Origin: Christensenella sp. UBA1750
GTDB taxonomy: Bacteria > Bacillota > Clostridia > Christensenellales > UBA1750
Assembly: GCA_002315655.1 (NCBI GenBank)
Contig: DCHO01000041.1
Coordinates: 13,099 to 52,450, forward strand
Reading direction: 5' to 3'
Length of the DNA stretch: 39,352 nt
Below the pieces are notes generated by a model. That model ran no database searches. It saw only the letters and a list, made by a program, of their open reading frames with translations, and was not told the origin of the DNA. The stretch's first letter is position 1; the number at the start of each line of letters is the position of its first letter. The position numbers and the translations under genes are program-made. Shown piece by piece: positions 28,975-37,279 of this stretch.

Positions 28975-29261
28975 TGAACCTTCAGTTGTTCGCTCATAAG
29001 AAGGGAATGGGCTCCACCCGTAACGGTCGTGACTCCGAAGCCAAGCGCTTAGGACCCAAGCGTGCGGATGGTCAGTTTGTTCTGGCCGGCAACATCCTCG
29101 TTCGTCAGCGTGGCACTAAGATCCACCCCGGCACGAACGTAGGCATCGGCAAGGACGATACCCTGTTTGCTACCGCCAACGGCGTTGTGCGCTTCGAGCG
29201 CCTCGGCCGCGATTCCAAGCAGGTCAGCGTGTACCCCAAGGAAGAGGTCGCCGCTGAATAA
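28971..29261 (+). CDS. rpmA: 50S ribosomal protein L27 with Prp-cleaved N-terminal extension
   Basis: MMNLQLF|[15 protein letters not shown]...[10 protein letters not shown]. Confidence 0.97.
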   Translation: MMNLQLFAHKKGMGSTRNGRDSEAKRLGPKRADGQFVLAGNILVRQRGTKIHPGTNVGIGKDDTLFATANGVVRFERLGRDSKQVSVYPKEEVAAE

Positions 29262-29277
29262 TTCCTAATGTGAAGTA

Positions 29278-29315
29278 AACCACCTGTCCGATTCCGGGCG
29301 GGTGGTTATTTCTTT
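29278..29315 (+). terminator. Intrinsic terminator after rpmA
   Basis: aaccacctgtccg-attc-cgggcgggtggtt followed by atttcttt. Confidence 0.8.
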
Positions 29316-29334
29316 CCTTTCAAGGAGCATTCCC

Positions 29335-30153
29335 ATGCTGCAATTTGAACACGCAAAAGTGAACTTGGAGCACACCCTTTTCTGCGGGCAGACCTTCCGC
29401 TGGAAAAGGGGCGAAAATGGTCTCTATTTCGGCAACGTGGAAGGCAAAGCCGTCGCCGCAGAAACGCAGGACAATGCACTCCTTCTCCACGGTGCTGAAG
29501 TATCCGACCGCGCTTTCTGGGCGCGCTACTTCGACCTTGGCCGTAACTACGCTTCCCTGCTCTGCGCCACAGATGAACACCTGTCCTACGCGCTCGCCCT
29601 CTACCCCGGGCTGAAAGTCCTGCGCCAGCCCTTTTTCGAGACCCTGTGCAGCTTCATTCTATCATCCAACAACAACATCAAGCGCATCACGGGTCTGGTC
29701 GACCGCTTTTCCGCCATCGGGGAAGAAGACGAAAACGGTCTCCACGCCTTTCCCACGCCGCAGCAGGTGGTGGACGCGGGCGAAGACCGGCTCCGCTCCA
29801 TCGGCGCAGGCTATCGTGCGGATTATCTGTGGCAGGCCGCCCTGCGCATGGCGGACGGCTTCGACTACGCCTCTCTCTCCGCCCTCCCCTACGAACAGGC
29901 CGCCGAAGCCTTGCGCATTTTCAGGGGCGTGGGTGAAAAGGTGGCGGACTGTGTGCTGCTCTTTGCCTGCAACCAGAACCGGGCTTTTCCCGTGGACACC
30001 TGGATGGAGAAGATATTAACCCAATGGTACGGCTTTTCCGGCAGCAGAAGCGCCCTCAAACAGCAGGCCATCGCCCATTTCGGAGACTGCTCCGGCATCG
30101 CCCAGCAGTTTCTGTTCCTCTACGCCATCTCAAAAAAGGCGGAATTCCGTTGA
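29335..30153 (+). CDS. ogg: 8-oxoguanine DNA glycosylase (OGG1/AlkA-type HhH-GPD)
   Basis: TLFCGQTFRW, FILSSNNNIKRI, GAGYRA, HhH GVGEKVADCVLLF, FPVDTW. Start moved to ATG 29335 (RBS AAGGAG). Confidence 0.9.
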   Translation: MLQFEHAKVNLEHTLFCGQTFRWKRGENGLYFGNVEGKAVAAETQDNALLLHGAEVSDRAFWARYFDLGRNYASLLCATDEHLSYALALYPGLKVLRQPFFETLCSFILSSNNNIKRITGLVDRFSAIGEEDENGLHAFPTPQQVVDAGEDRLRSIGAGYRADYLWQAALRMADGFDYASLSALPYEQAAEALRIFRGVGEKVADCVLLFACNQNRAFPVDTWMEKILTQWYGFSGSRSALKQQAIAHFGDCSGIAQQFLFLYAISKKAEFR

Positions 30154-30299
30154 ACGAGTGCAGTATTCTTCTCTTCCCGGATTTTTTCCGCTTATTCCTC
30201 CCTTGAACCCCCACCGCACCACTTGCATCACGGAAATCATATTGGAACGCATCGGTGAAAAGGGGAATCTATCCTTTTATTCAAACACGCTCTGAACGG

Positions 30300-30328
30300 T
30301 TGAAAAACCGGAATTTTTCTGCTAAAAT
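30300..30328 (+). promoter_or_regulatory. sigmaA promoter with extended -10
   Basis: TTGAAA (30300-30305), 17 nt, TAAAAT (30323-30328) preceded by TGc. Confidence 0.7.
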
Positions 30329-30360
30329 AGGGACAACAAAGGCAAAGGCAGGTGCTTTTC

Positions 30361-31374
30361 ATGGACGACAAGGCGGTATCCTTGCGGCAGATTGCCGATG
30401 AAGCGGGGGTTTCCGTGGCGACGGTTTCCCGCGTGATCCACAAAAACGGGCGTTTCTCCAAGGAGACCGAGGAGCGCGTACAGGCCGTCATTGACCGCTA
30501 CCATTACAGCCCGGACATTTCCGCCCAATCCATGCGCACCAAGCGCGTGCCCGCCGTGGGGATTCTCTACCCTGATCTGGCAAACCAGCATTTGGCGGAC
30601 ATCGTAAAGCTGCTGGAAGAACGGCTGTTTGACTTGGGTTATGCCACCTTTGTCTGCGGCACGCGAGGCGACCCCGCCCGCGAGGAAGCCTACATCAAGA
30701 CCCTGACCCAGCACAAGGTCTCCGGGATGATTTTTCTGTTCGGCGCCAGGGAAGACCAGCGCGAGATTTTAGGTGATCTGCCCAAGGTCTACATCGGCAG
30801 AACGCCGTCCTATTTGCAGCTCATGGACGACTGCACCGTGGTCATCGAGACCGACCATGTGAAATCCGGCTACATGGCCGCCGAGCATCTGCTCAAAAAG
30901 GGCTGCAAGCGCATCCTTTTTCCCACACGTCGTCCCTACATTACGAACATGATCCCGGGGCGCGAGGAAGGCTTCATCCGTGCCCTCAAAGCCTACGGCA
31001 TCGAGAACACCGATGAATTTGTGGTTCCCGCCGGGGCAATGAAAGAAGAAGAGGGCTACAACTGGACAAAACAGTGCATCGCGGACGGGCGCGTCTTTGA
31101 CGGCATCTGCGCCAACACCGACCGTTTCGCCATCGGCTGCGTCCGCGCTCTCATGGAAGAAAACTTCCGCGTGCCGGAGGATGTGAAGGTCATCGGGCAC
31201 GACGATCTGCTGATTGCCAGCTACAACCTGAAACGCCTGACCACCATCCGCGACCCCATCGAAGAATTCTGCACATTGGCCATTGATTCCCTGATTGGTA
31301 TGATGGAAGGCGAAATGCCCGCCTGCAACCATTACGTTTTGCAGGGTAGTGTCATTGAGAGAGAAACGACTTGA
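30361..31374 (+). CDS. LacI-family transcriptional regulator
   Basis: LRQIADEAGVSVATVSRVI HTH, RVPEDVKVIGHDD, LTTI, VIERETT; ATG 30361 preferred over GTG 30352 on RBS spacing. Confidence 0.93.
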   Translation: MDDKAVSLRQIADEAGVSVATVSRVIHKNGRFSKETEERVQAVIDRYHYSPDISAQSMRTKRVPAVGILYPDLANQHLADIVKLLEERLFDLGYATFVCGTRGDPAREEAYIKTLTQHKVSGMIFLFGAREDQREILGDLPKVYIGRTPSYLQLMDDCTVVIETDHVKSGYMAAEHLLKKGCKRILFPTRRPYITNMIPGREEGFIRALKAYGIENTDEFVVPAGAMKEEEGYNWTKQCIADGRVFDGICANTDRFAIGCVRALMEENFRVPEDVKVIGHDDLLIASYNLKRLTTIRDPIEEFCTLAIDSLIGMMEGEMPACNHYVLQGSVIERETT

Positions 31375-31378
31375 TTTT

Positions 31379-31407
31379 GAATAATCAAAACCCCTTTCGC
31401 ATAGAGT
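31379..31407 (+). promoter_or_regulatory. Putative SigE-type (sporulation mother cell) promoter
   Basis: GAATAAT (31379-31385), 14 nt, CATAGAGT (31400-31407), versus the Bacillus SigE consensus (G/T)(A/C)ATA(A/T)(A/T)-N14-CATACA(A/C)T. Confidence 0.5.
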
Positions 31408-31441
31408 TTAGCAAAACTTTGATGCGGGAGGGGCTTTTTGA
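31386..31441 (+). terminator. Long hairpin, probable terminator of the LacI gene, covering the downstream RBS
   Basis: cccctttcgcat-agagttt / aaacttt-g-atgcgggagggg followed by ctttttg. Confidence 0.65.
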
Positions 31442-32268
31442 TGGAAAATCGGCGGTTTATCTATCTTCGGCAAACGGGAAACGGGCGGGAATCGGGCTAT
31501 GCGCGGCTGGAAAACGGCGATGGGGCTTTGCGGCTCTCCGTGGTGGTGCAGGGCTTCGGGGCGATTCCCACCGTGAATGCCGCGCTGGTTCATGAAAACA
31601 GTCTGCAGGAATTGGGCATCCTGCGCTTCGATTCCACCGGGCGCGGCGGGCTCACAACAACGGTTTCGCCGGAGACTGTGGCGCAAGCGTCCCTTTTAGC
31701 CGTGGTGCGAGAGGATAACGGGATAAAGGACATCCCGCTTGCGGCGGTCATGGGGAACGGCAAGGCGGTGCAGCTTCAAGCGGTTCTGCGTGAGCTGAAT
31801 CGGACGGAAGAAACCCCCGCCGCGCTCCAGCCGGAGCCGGTTTCGGAAGTTGTATCCGTCGTCGCGGAAAAGGCGGAAGGCGTTTTCGCTCCCGAATCAG
31901 ATCGCTTTGAGCAGGTGGAACAGGAACTGCGCACGCCCCTTGTGACCGAACCCGAAGGGGATGTGCCGGAGCCGCTTCGGGCGGTCTACTGGCCGCAGCG
32001 TTCCTGGCCGATGGTGGATTTGTTCGAGAAATTCCCCGTAACGGCAACCCCGGGCGGCGCGGAAAACCGCACCTGTGTGAAGGTGCCCCTTTCCGGCATG
32101 GCAGACACGCCCGACCATTATCTGCTGGGCGTGGAGACGGAGGACAACAGAGTGACGGCATTGGGAATGCTGCTGCCCGGGACGGAGACCGACGCGGAAT
32201 ATTCCGCTCTGCCGGACTATGTTTGGGCGGACGGCTATTGGCAATTATGGCAGCCGATTTCCGAATAA
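31441..32268 (+). CDS. Hypothetical protein, possibly sporulation-associated
   Basis: ORF with RBS GGGAGGGG and ATG 31441. N-terminal RRFIYL..SGYARLE..LRLSVVVQG beta domain, acidic Pro/Glu linker, C-terminal HYLLG..LLPG..GYW domain resembling clostridial conserved hypotheticals. Confidence 0.7.
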   Translation: MENRRFIYLRQTGNGRESGYARLENGDGALRLSVVVQGFGAIPTVNAALVHENSLQELGILRFDSTGRGGLTTTVSPETVAQASLLAVVREDNGIKDIPLAAVMGNGKAVQLQAVLRELNRTEETPAALQPEPVSEVVSVVAEKAEGVFAPESDRFEQVEQELRTPLVTEPEGDVPEPLRAVYWPQRSWPMVDLFEKFPVTATPGGAENRTCVKVPLSGMADTPDHYLLGVETEDNRVTALGMLLPGTETDAEYSALPDYVWADGYWQLWQPISE

Positions 32269-32271
32269 CCG

Positions 32272-32300
32272 TTGACGGAAATGCTTTTCTGTGTTAAGCT
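32272..32300 (+). promoter_or_regulatory. sigmaA promoter with extended -10 for the GH2 gene
   Basis: TTGACG (32272-32277), 17 nt, TAAGCT (32295-32300) preceded by TGt. Confidence 0.65.
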
Positions 32301-32336
32301 TTACGCAAAATAGGAACACGAAAGGCAGGAAAAAAG

Positions 32337-34529
32337 ATGCAAAAAATAGAGCTCAACAAAAACTGGCAGTTCGTTTTCGGCGACGAGGGGCACAGGGAAG
32401 CGCCCGTTTCCGTCGATCTCCCCCACGACTACATCATTGACCGCCCCCGCGACCCCAACGCCGCAGGCACCTCCTCCAACGGCTTTTTCGGCGAAGGCAT
32501 GGGCGAATACACGCGCACCTTCGACCTGACCGCGCAGCAGGCAAAACAGAAGGTTCAGCTCTATGTGGACGGCGCGTACATGAACGCGGAGTACATCGTG
32601 AACAACAACCATCTGGCGCACCATCCCCACGGCTATGCGCCGTATCTGTTGGATATTTCCTCTGCCGTCCATGAGGGCGAAAACACCCTGCGCATCCTCA
32701 CCCAGAGCCGCCAGCCCTCGACCCGCTGGTATTCCGGCGGCGGGCTGTATCGCTGCGTAGAACTGTGGATCGGGAATCTGACCCCGTGGGCTGTGCAGGT
32801 GAAGGCCACCGTGCAGGAGGACATCGGCCAGATCGAAATCCTGCACGACGGCTCCGTTTCCACCGTGCTGACGGACAAAACCGGCGCACAGGTCGCAAGC
32901 GGCTGGGAAACCATCACCTTCCAGAACCCCAAATTGTGGAGCCCGGAGGAACCCTATCTTTACACCCTGACCTTAACCTCCGGGGAAGAAACGCTGACCC
33001 TGCCCGTGGGCTTCCGCACGATAGAATACATCCCCCGTGTGGGCATGAAGCTCAACGGAAAAGTCATAAAATTGCACGGCGGGTGCATCCACCACGACAA
33101 CGGCATCTTGGGCGCGTGCGCTGTTGCGGACGCGGAACGCCGCAAGGTGCAAAAGCTGAAAGCATTAGGCTACAACGCCATCCGTTCCGCGCACAACCCG
33201 CCCTCCCGTGCGCTGCTTGACGCCTGTGACGAGGAAGGGATGCTCGTGATGACCGAGGCCTTTGACGTGTGGAACGAAGGCAAAAAGATGCTCGATTATC
33301 ACCTGTATTTCGAAGATTTCTGGAAGAAAGACATATCTTTCATGGTGCTGGCGGCGCGGAACCATCCTTCCGTCTTCTCCTACTCCATCGGCAACGAGAT
33401 CGCCGAGCGGGACGGCAGAAGCGAAGGGCACAAGTGGGCGGCAAAATTGCGGGAAGCCATCCTCACGCTGGACGATACCCGCCCCATCACCTCCGCCCTT
33501 AACAACATCAAATCTCCAGATAACGGCACCTTCCGCGACTGGGTCTTTGGCGGGAACGAGAACAACCCGGTGCAAAAGGCGCAGTTTGCCCCCGACCTCT
33601 TTGCCGAAAAGACGGAGGGCTTCTGCGCCTCCCTTGATCTGATGGGTTACAATTACCTGCTGGAGCGCTATGCCTACGACAAAGAAAAATACCCCGAGCG
33701 GCTCATCATCGGCACAGAGACCTTCTCCATCAACACCTACGAATACTGGAAGGAAACCGTGGAGAACGACAACGTGATCGGCGATTTCATCTGGACGGCG
33801 GTGGACTATTTGGGCGAAGCGGGCATCGGGCGCGTCTTCTATGAGGACAACCCCGGCGAAAGCTGGAGCTTTGCCGCAAAATACCCGTGGATTCATTCCT
33901 TTGACGCGGACATTGACCTGATCGGCTCCACCCGCCCGCAAGGCGTTTACCGTGACATTTTATGGAACAACAAAACGAAGCCCGCGCTCTTTACCATGCC
34001 GCCCCAATTTCACGGGAAGACCCCCGGCGGCATGGGCTGGCACTTCTTAGACATTCGGGAGGGCTGGGACTATGCGCAGCCCGGCGCACCTGTGGACGTT
34101 TACTGCTTCGCCCGCGCAGAGGAAGTCACGTTCCTCTTAAACGGGAAAGAAGTTACCACCGTGAAAACGGACAAGTTCATCGCTCATGCGGTGATTCCCT
34201 ACGAGCCGGGCACGCTCAAAGCCCTTGCAAACGGACAGGAATGCGCCCTTGTGACCCCCGGCAAGGCGGAAAAGGCCGAAATCTGCCGCGAAACCTACGA
34301 AACTCTTGACTTCCTCCATGTGGTGCTGAAGGATCAGCAGGGCAACATCGTGCGCAACGCAGACGGGCGGATTTCCGTTCAAACGGAAGACGGCAGTCTC
34401 ATTGCTGCGGGCAACGCTGACCCCAAGCCCGACAGAATCCTGCCATTTGCAAAGGACGACATTCGCACCTGGGAGGGCGAAGCGCTGCTCATTGTGACCG
34501 CTGGCACACAAGTCACAGTCTCCTTATAA
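32337..34529 (+). CDS. Glycoside hydrolase family 2 (beta-galactosidase-like), no obvious signal peptide
   Basis: RWYSGGGLYR, LHGGCIHHDNG, NAIRSAHNP, NHPSVFSYSIGNE (acid/base), IIGTET (nucleophile), FIWTAVDYLGE. Confidence 0.93.
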   Translation: MQKIELNKNWQFVFGDEGHREAPVSVDLPHDYIIDRPRDPNAAGTSSNGFFGEGMGEYTRTFDLTAQQAKQKVQLYVDGAYMNAEYIVNNNHLAHHPHGYAPYLLDISSAVHEGENTLRILTQSRQPSTRWYSGGGLYRCVELWIGNLTPWAVQVKATVQEDIGQIEILHDGSVSTVLTDKTGAQVASGWETITFQNPKLWSPEEPYLYTLTLTSGEETLTLPVGFRTIEYIPRVGMKLNGKVIKLHGGCIHHDNGILGACAVADAERRKVQKLKALGYNAIRSAHNPPSRALLDACDEEGMLVMTEAFDVWNEGKKMLDYHLYFEDFWKKDISFMVLAARNHPSVFSYSIGNEIAERDGRSEGHKWAAKLREAILTLDDTRPITSALNNIKSPDNGTFRDWVFGGNENNPVQKAQFAPDLFAEKTEGFCASLDLMGYNYLLERYAYDKEKYPERLIIGTETFSINTYEYWKETVENDNVIGDFIWTAVDYLGEAGIGRVFYEDNPGESWSFAAKYPWIHSFDADIDLIGSTRPQGVYRDILWNNKTKPALFTMPPQFHGKTPGGMGWHFLDIREGWDYAQPGAPVDVYCFARAEEVTFLLNGKEVTTVKTDKFIAHAVIPYEPGTLKALANGQECALVTPGKAEKAEICRETYETLDFLHVVLKDQQGNIVRNADGRISVQTEDGSLIAAGNADPKPDRILPFAKDDIRTWEGEALLIVTAGTQVTVSL

Positions 34530-34537
34530 ATGAGCAT

Positions 34538-34586
34538 AAAAGAAATGGTATCGGTTGAAAACAATCAGCCGATACCGTTTCTTTTT
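34538..34586. terminator. Bidirectional intrinsic terminator
   Basis: aaaagaaatggtatcggttga / tcagccgataccgtttctttt between convergent genes. Confidence 0.88.
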
Positions 34587-34596
34587 ATGTATTCTT

Positions 34597-35076
34597 CTAT
34601 TGCATGAATTTTCCCAGTGAGCTCAATGCCTTTTTGTGGAGAACCTTGGCATAGCTATATGAGACACCCATGCGGTCTGCGATCTCCATCAGCGGCACCT
34701 TGTCATAATAGTGCAACATGATGATGTCGCGCTCCCGCTCGGGAATCTGTTCCAATGCGTCCGCCAGCTCCTCCAGCGTCTCGTTGCTGCAGACCTCCGC
34801 CTCCACATCGCTGTCATCCTTGTAGGTCTCGTCGATCTCCGCGCTCACATGGTTGGTGCGGAAATGGTCGAAGAGCGTATTGCGGGTGATGGTATAAATC
34901 CAAGTGGAAATGGAAGCCTTGCTCTCATCAAACTCATCAATGTGAGAATAAACCTTGACAAACACGTCAGCACACAGATCCTCCGCATCGTGGCGGCTGT
35001 TGAGCTTTCCGTTCAGATAGCCCAGCACTTTAGGATAATACTGCTGATAAATCTCGGTTTTTCTTAACTCATTCAT
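34597..35076 (-). CDS. ECF-type sigma-70 factor
   Basis: Region 2 DAEDLCADVFVK..STWIYTITRN; region 4 IPERERDIIMLHY..EIADRMG; 159 aa. Confidence 0.9.
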   Translation of the reverse strand: MNELRKTEIYQQYYPKVLGYLNGKLNSRHDAEDLCADVFVKVYSHIDEFDESKASISTWIYTITRNTLFDHFRTNHVSAEIDETYKDDSDVEAEVCSNETLEELADALEQIPERERDIIMLHYYDKVPLMEIADRMGVSYSYAKVLHKKALSSLGKFMQ

Positions 35077-35085
35077 AGGAAGATC

Positions 35086-37263
35086 CTATCCTTTTGTGTC
35101 CAGACGCTGCCTTGCAACCAGTTCAGCGAAGTAACCGTTCTTCTCAATGAGCTGTTCATAGGTGCCATCCTCAATGATCTTGCCCTTGTCCATGACTAAG
35201 ATGCGGTCACAGTGAACGATGGTGGACAATCTGTGGGCAATGACGATGCGGGTGCACTTGAGCGAATCCAGCGCTTCGGAAACCTTCTTCTGGGTAATAT
35301 TGTCCAGAGCGGAGGTCGCTTCGTCAAAGATCAGAATTCTGGGTTTGGGAGCAATGGCGCGGGCGATCATCAGCCGCTGCCGCTGACCACCGGAAATGCC
35401 GCCGGAGCCTTCGGAGATCAGGGTGTACATTCCCATGGGCATGGCGCGGATGTCATCGGCAATACCGGACAATTCCGCCGCCTCCCACGCTTCCTTCTGG
35501 GTCAGGCGCGGGGCACAGATGACGATGTTGGAGAAAATATCGCCCATGAACAGCTTGTCGTCCTGCATGACAGTGCCGATGTTGCGGCGCAACTGGCGCT
35601 TGTCCAGTTCCGCCAGGTCTTTTCCATCGTAGTAGATCGCGCCCTTCTGCGGCTTTTCAAAGCCCAGCAGCAGGCGGATTAAGGTGGACTTGCCGCAGCC
35701 GGTCTTGCCGACAATGGCGACATACTGCCCCGCATTGATCTTCAAGGAGAAGTCGTCAATGATGTTGGGCATGGTATCGTCATAGCGGAAGGAGACACGG
35801 GACAATTCGATGGTGCCGGAGAGCTTTTCCACATTCTGCATCTTTTCGCCGTTTTCGGGAACGGTTTCCAGAATGGGACGCGCCATTTCAAGAGAGGGTT
35901 TTAAGTCAGCCACGGAAAGCGCAATGGCTACCAGAGAGGACATAGCGCCCGCCACCATACCGTAAGCGGTCTGGAAGGCGTAGTATTCCGCCACATCAAC
36001 CTTCGCCTGAATGGCCATGAAATACAGCACGAACTGACCGGCCAGAGAGATAATCAGCGCAAAGGTGGTATTGAGCTTGAGCAGCAGCGGGGGATTGTAG
36101 GTGATGCGGGTCTCCTCGGAGAAGCCCTCCGCCCAGCGGGCGAACATTCTCTTTTCGGAGCCGGAGAGCTTGATCTTCTGCACGCCGGTGATGACGGACA
36201 GCCCCATGCCGGAGTTGCGCGCCGCGATCTGCATCCGCTTCTGGGTGATCTTCATCTGATACAGCGTCGTCATGGCGGAGAAGAGCAGGTTTGCGGCGAT
36301 GATGATGAGGGAAGGCACCACCAAGGTGGGCGCATAGTTGAAGATCTGGGAAATATACGCCAGAGAGAACAGAGAGGTCAGACCCGTGGAGAAGACCATG
36401 CTGGCCATCTGCGTGCACAGGGAGCTCACATAGTTCATGCGCTGGGAAATTTCACCGGAGGAATACTTCTTGAAGAAGGTCGGGGGCAGCGACAGGATAC
36501 GCATCATCGTTGCCGCTTCCACCATCACATCCATCTTGGTGCCCGTGCGCTCGGAGAAGAGCGAATGAACCGCCGTGAACAGCAGGGTGGAGAGATTGAC
36601 ACAAACCATGAACAGCAGCGTCGAGAGCAGCAGGGATAAGCTCTTGGATTCCACGACCGTGGAGAACAGGAAATAGGAGAGCTTAGGTGTCAGCAAGCCG
36701 AGCAGAGTGGATACGCCCATCATGATGAGCATAAGCACAATGTCCATAACCGACAGAGAGTGGATCGCAAACTTAATCAGATCCACGGGATTCAGCTTTT
36801 TCGGCGGCAGCGGACGGTAGAAGAACATGGCGTCGGACTCGAACTCATCACAGTTCTTCTTGTCGATCCTGATGTGCCGCTCTTCGCCTTCATCGTAGTA
36901 AAGATAGCTCTGGAAGCCCTTTGGCAGCAATGCTACGGGCTTTCCGTCCTTTTTACGCAGCGTCAGATAGGGGCCGAAGGCATCCTGATACCAGTTCTCC
37001 TCCAGCTTGACGGTGCGCATCATGAGTCCCGACATCCGGCACAAATAGTCCAGACGATCCTCCGGGTCGGTGATCTCCTCGGGAATCACGATTTTGTCAA
37101 TGTGGAAATATTGGAGTATGCGATCGGCGGCCTCTTTGGCGTCGTCGCTGTCCATAGAGAAGCGGCGACCCAGTACCGCACCGGCTGCCTCGTCAAAGGA
37201 CTGCTCAAAGACCTCCTGGTCATGATCCTTGCGCTGCCGGATTTGTTCGTCAAACCATCCCAT
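35086..37263 (-). CDS. NHLP/NHLM bacteriocin-system ABC transporter, permease/ATPase subunit (TIGR03797-like)
   Basis: MGWFDEQIRQR start, degenerate N-terminal domain with FYRPLP, TM domain, GKTGCGKST, ISGGQRQR, FDEATSALDN. Confidence 0.85.
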   Translation of the reverse strand: MGWFDEQIRQRKDHDQEVFEQSFDEAAGAVLGRRFSMDSDDAKEAADRILQYFHIDKIVIPEEITDPEDRLDYLCRMSGLMMRTVKLEENWYQDAFGPYLTLRKKDGKPVALLPKGFQSYLYYDEGEERHIRIDKKNCDEFESDAMFFYRPLPPKKLNPVDLIKFAIHSLSVMDIVLMLIMMGVSTLLGLLTPKLSYFLFSTVVESKSLSLLLSTLLFMVCVNLSTLLFTAVHSLFSERTGTKMDVMVEAATMMRILSLPPTFFKKYSSGEISQRMNYVSSLCTQMASMVFSTGLTSLFSLAYISQIFNYAPTLVVPSLIIIAANLLFSAMTTLYQMKITQKRMQIAARNSGMGLSVITGVQKIKLSGSEKRMFARWAEGFSEETRITYNPPLLLKLNTTFALIISLAGQFVLYFMAIQAKVDVAEYYAFQTAYGMVAGAMSSLVAIALSVADLKPSLEMARPILETVPENGEKMQNVEKLSGTIELSRVSFRYDDTMPNIIDDFSLKINAGQYVAIVGKTGCGKSTLIRLLLGFEKPQKGAIYYDGKDLAELDKRQLRRNIGTVMQDDKLFMGDIFSNIVICAPRLTQKEAWEAAELSGIADDIRAMPMGMYTLISEGSGGISGGQRQRLMIARAIAPKPRILIFDEATSALDNITQKKVSEALDSLKCTRIVIAHRLSTIVHCDRILVMDKGKIIEDGTYEQLIEKNGYFAELVARQRLDTKG

Positions 37264-37279
37264 AACCGCTTCCCCTCCT

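Noticed and set aside
28639-29261. L27 N-terminal extension with adjacent cysteine protease
   Set aside because: Real, but this is the established Firmicutes Prp/L27 system and not novel.
30154-30299. Possible sRNA or small ORF in the ogg-lacI intergenic region
   Set aside because: No RBS-start pair, stable hairpin or convincing promoter/terminator pair found by eye.
30293-30305. Candidate LacI operator (TGAACGGTTGA), with similar ATAACCGTTGA at the GH2 promoter
   Set aside because: Poor palindromes, and much of the similarity is the shared -35 TTGA.
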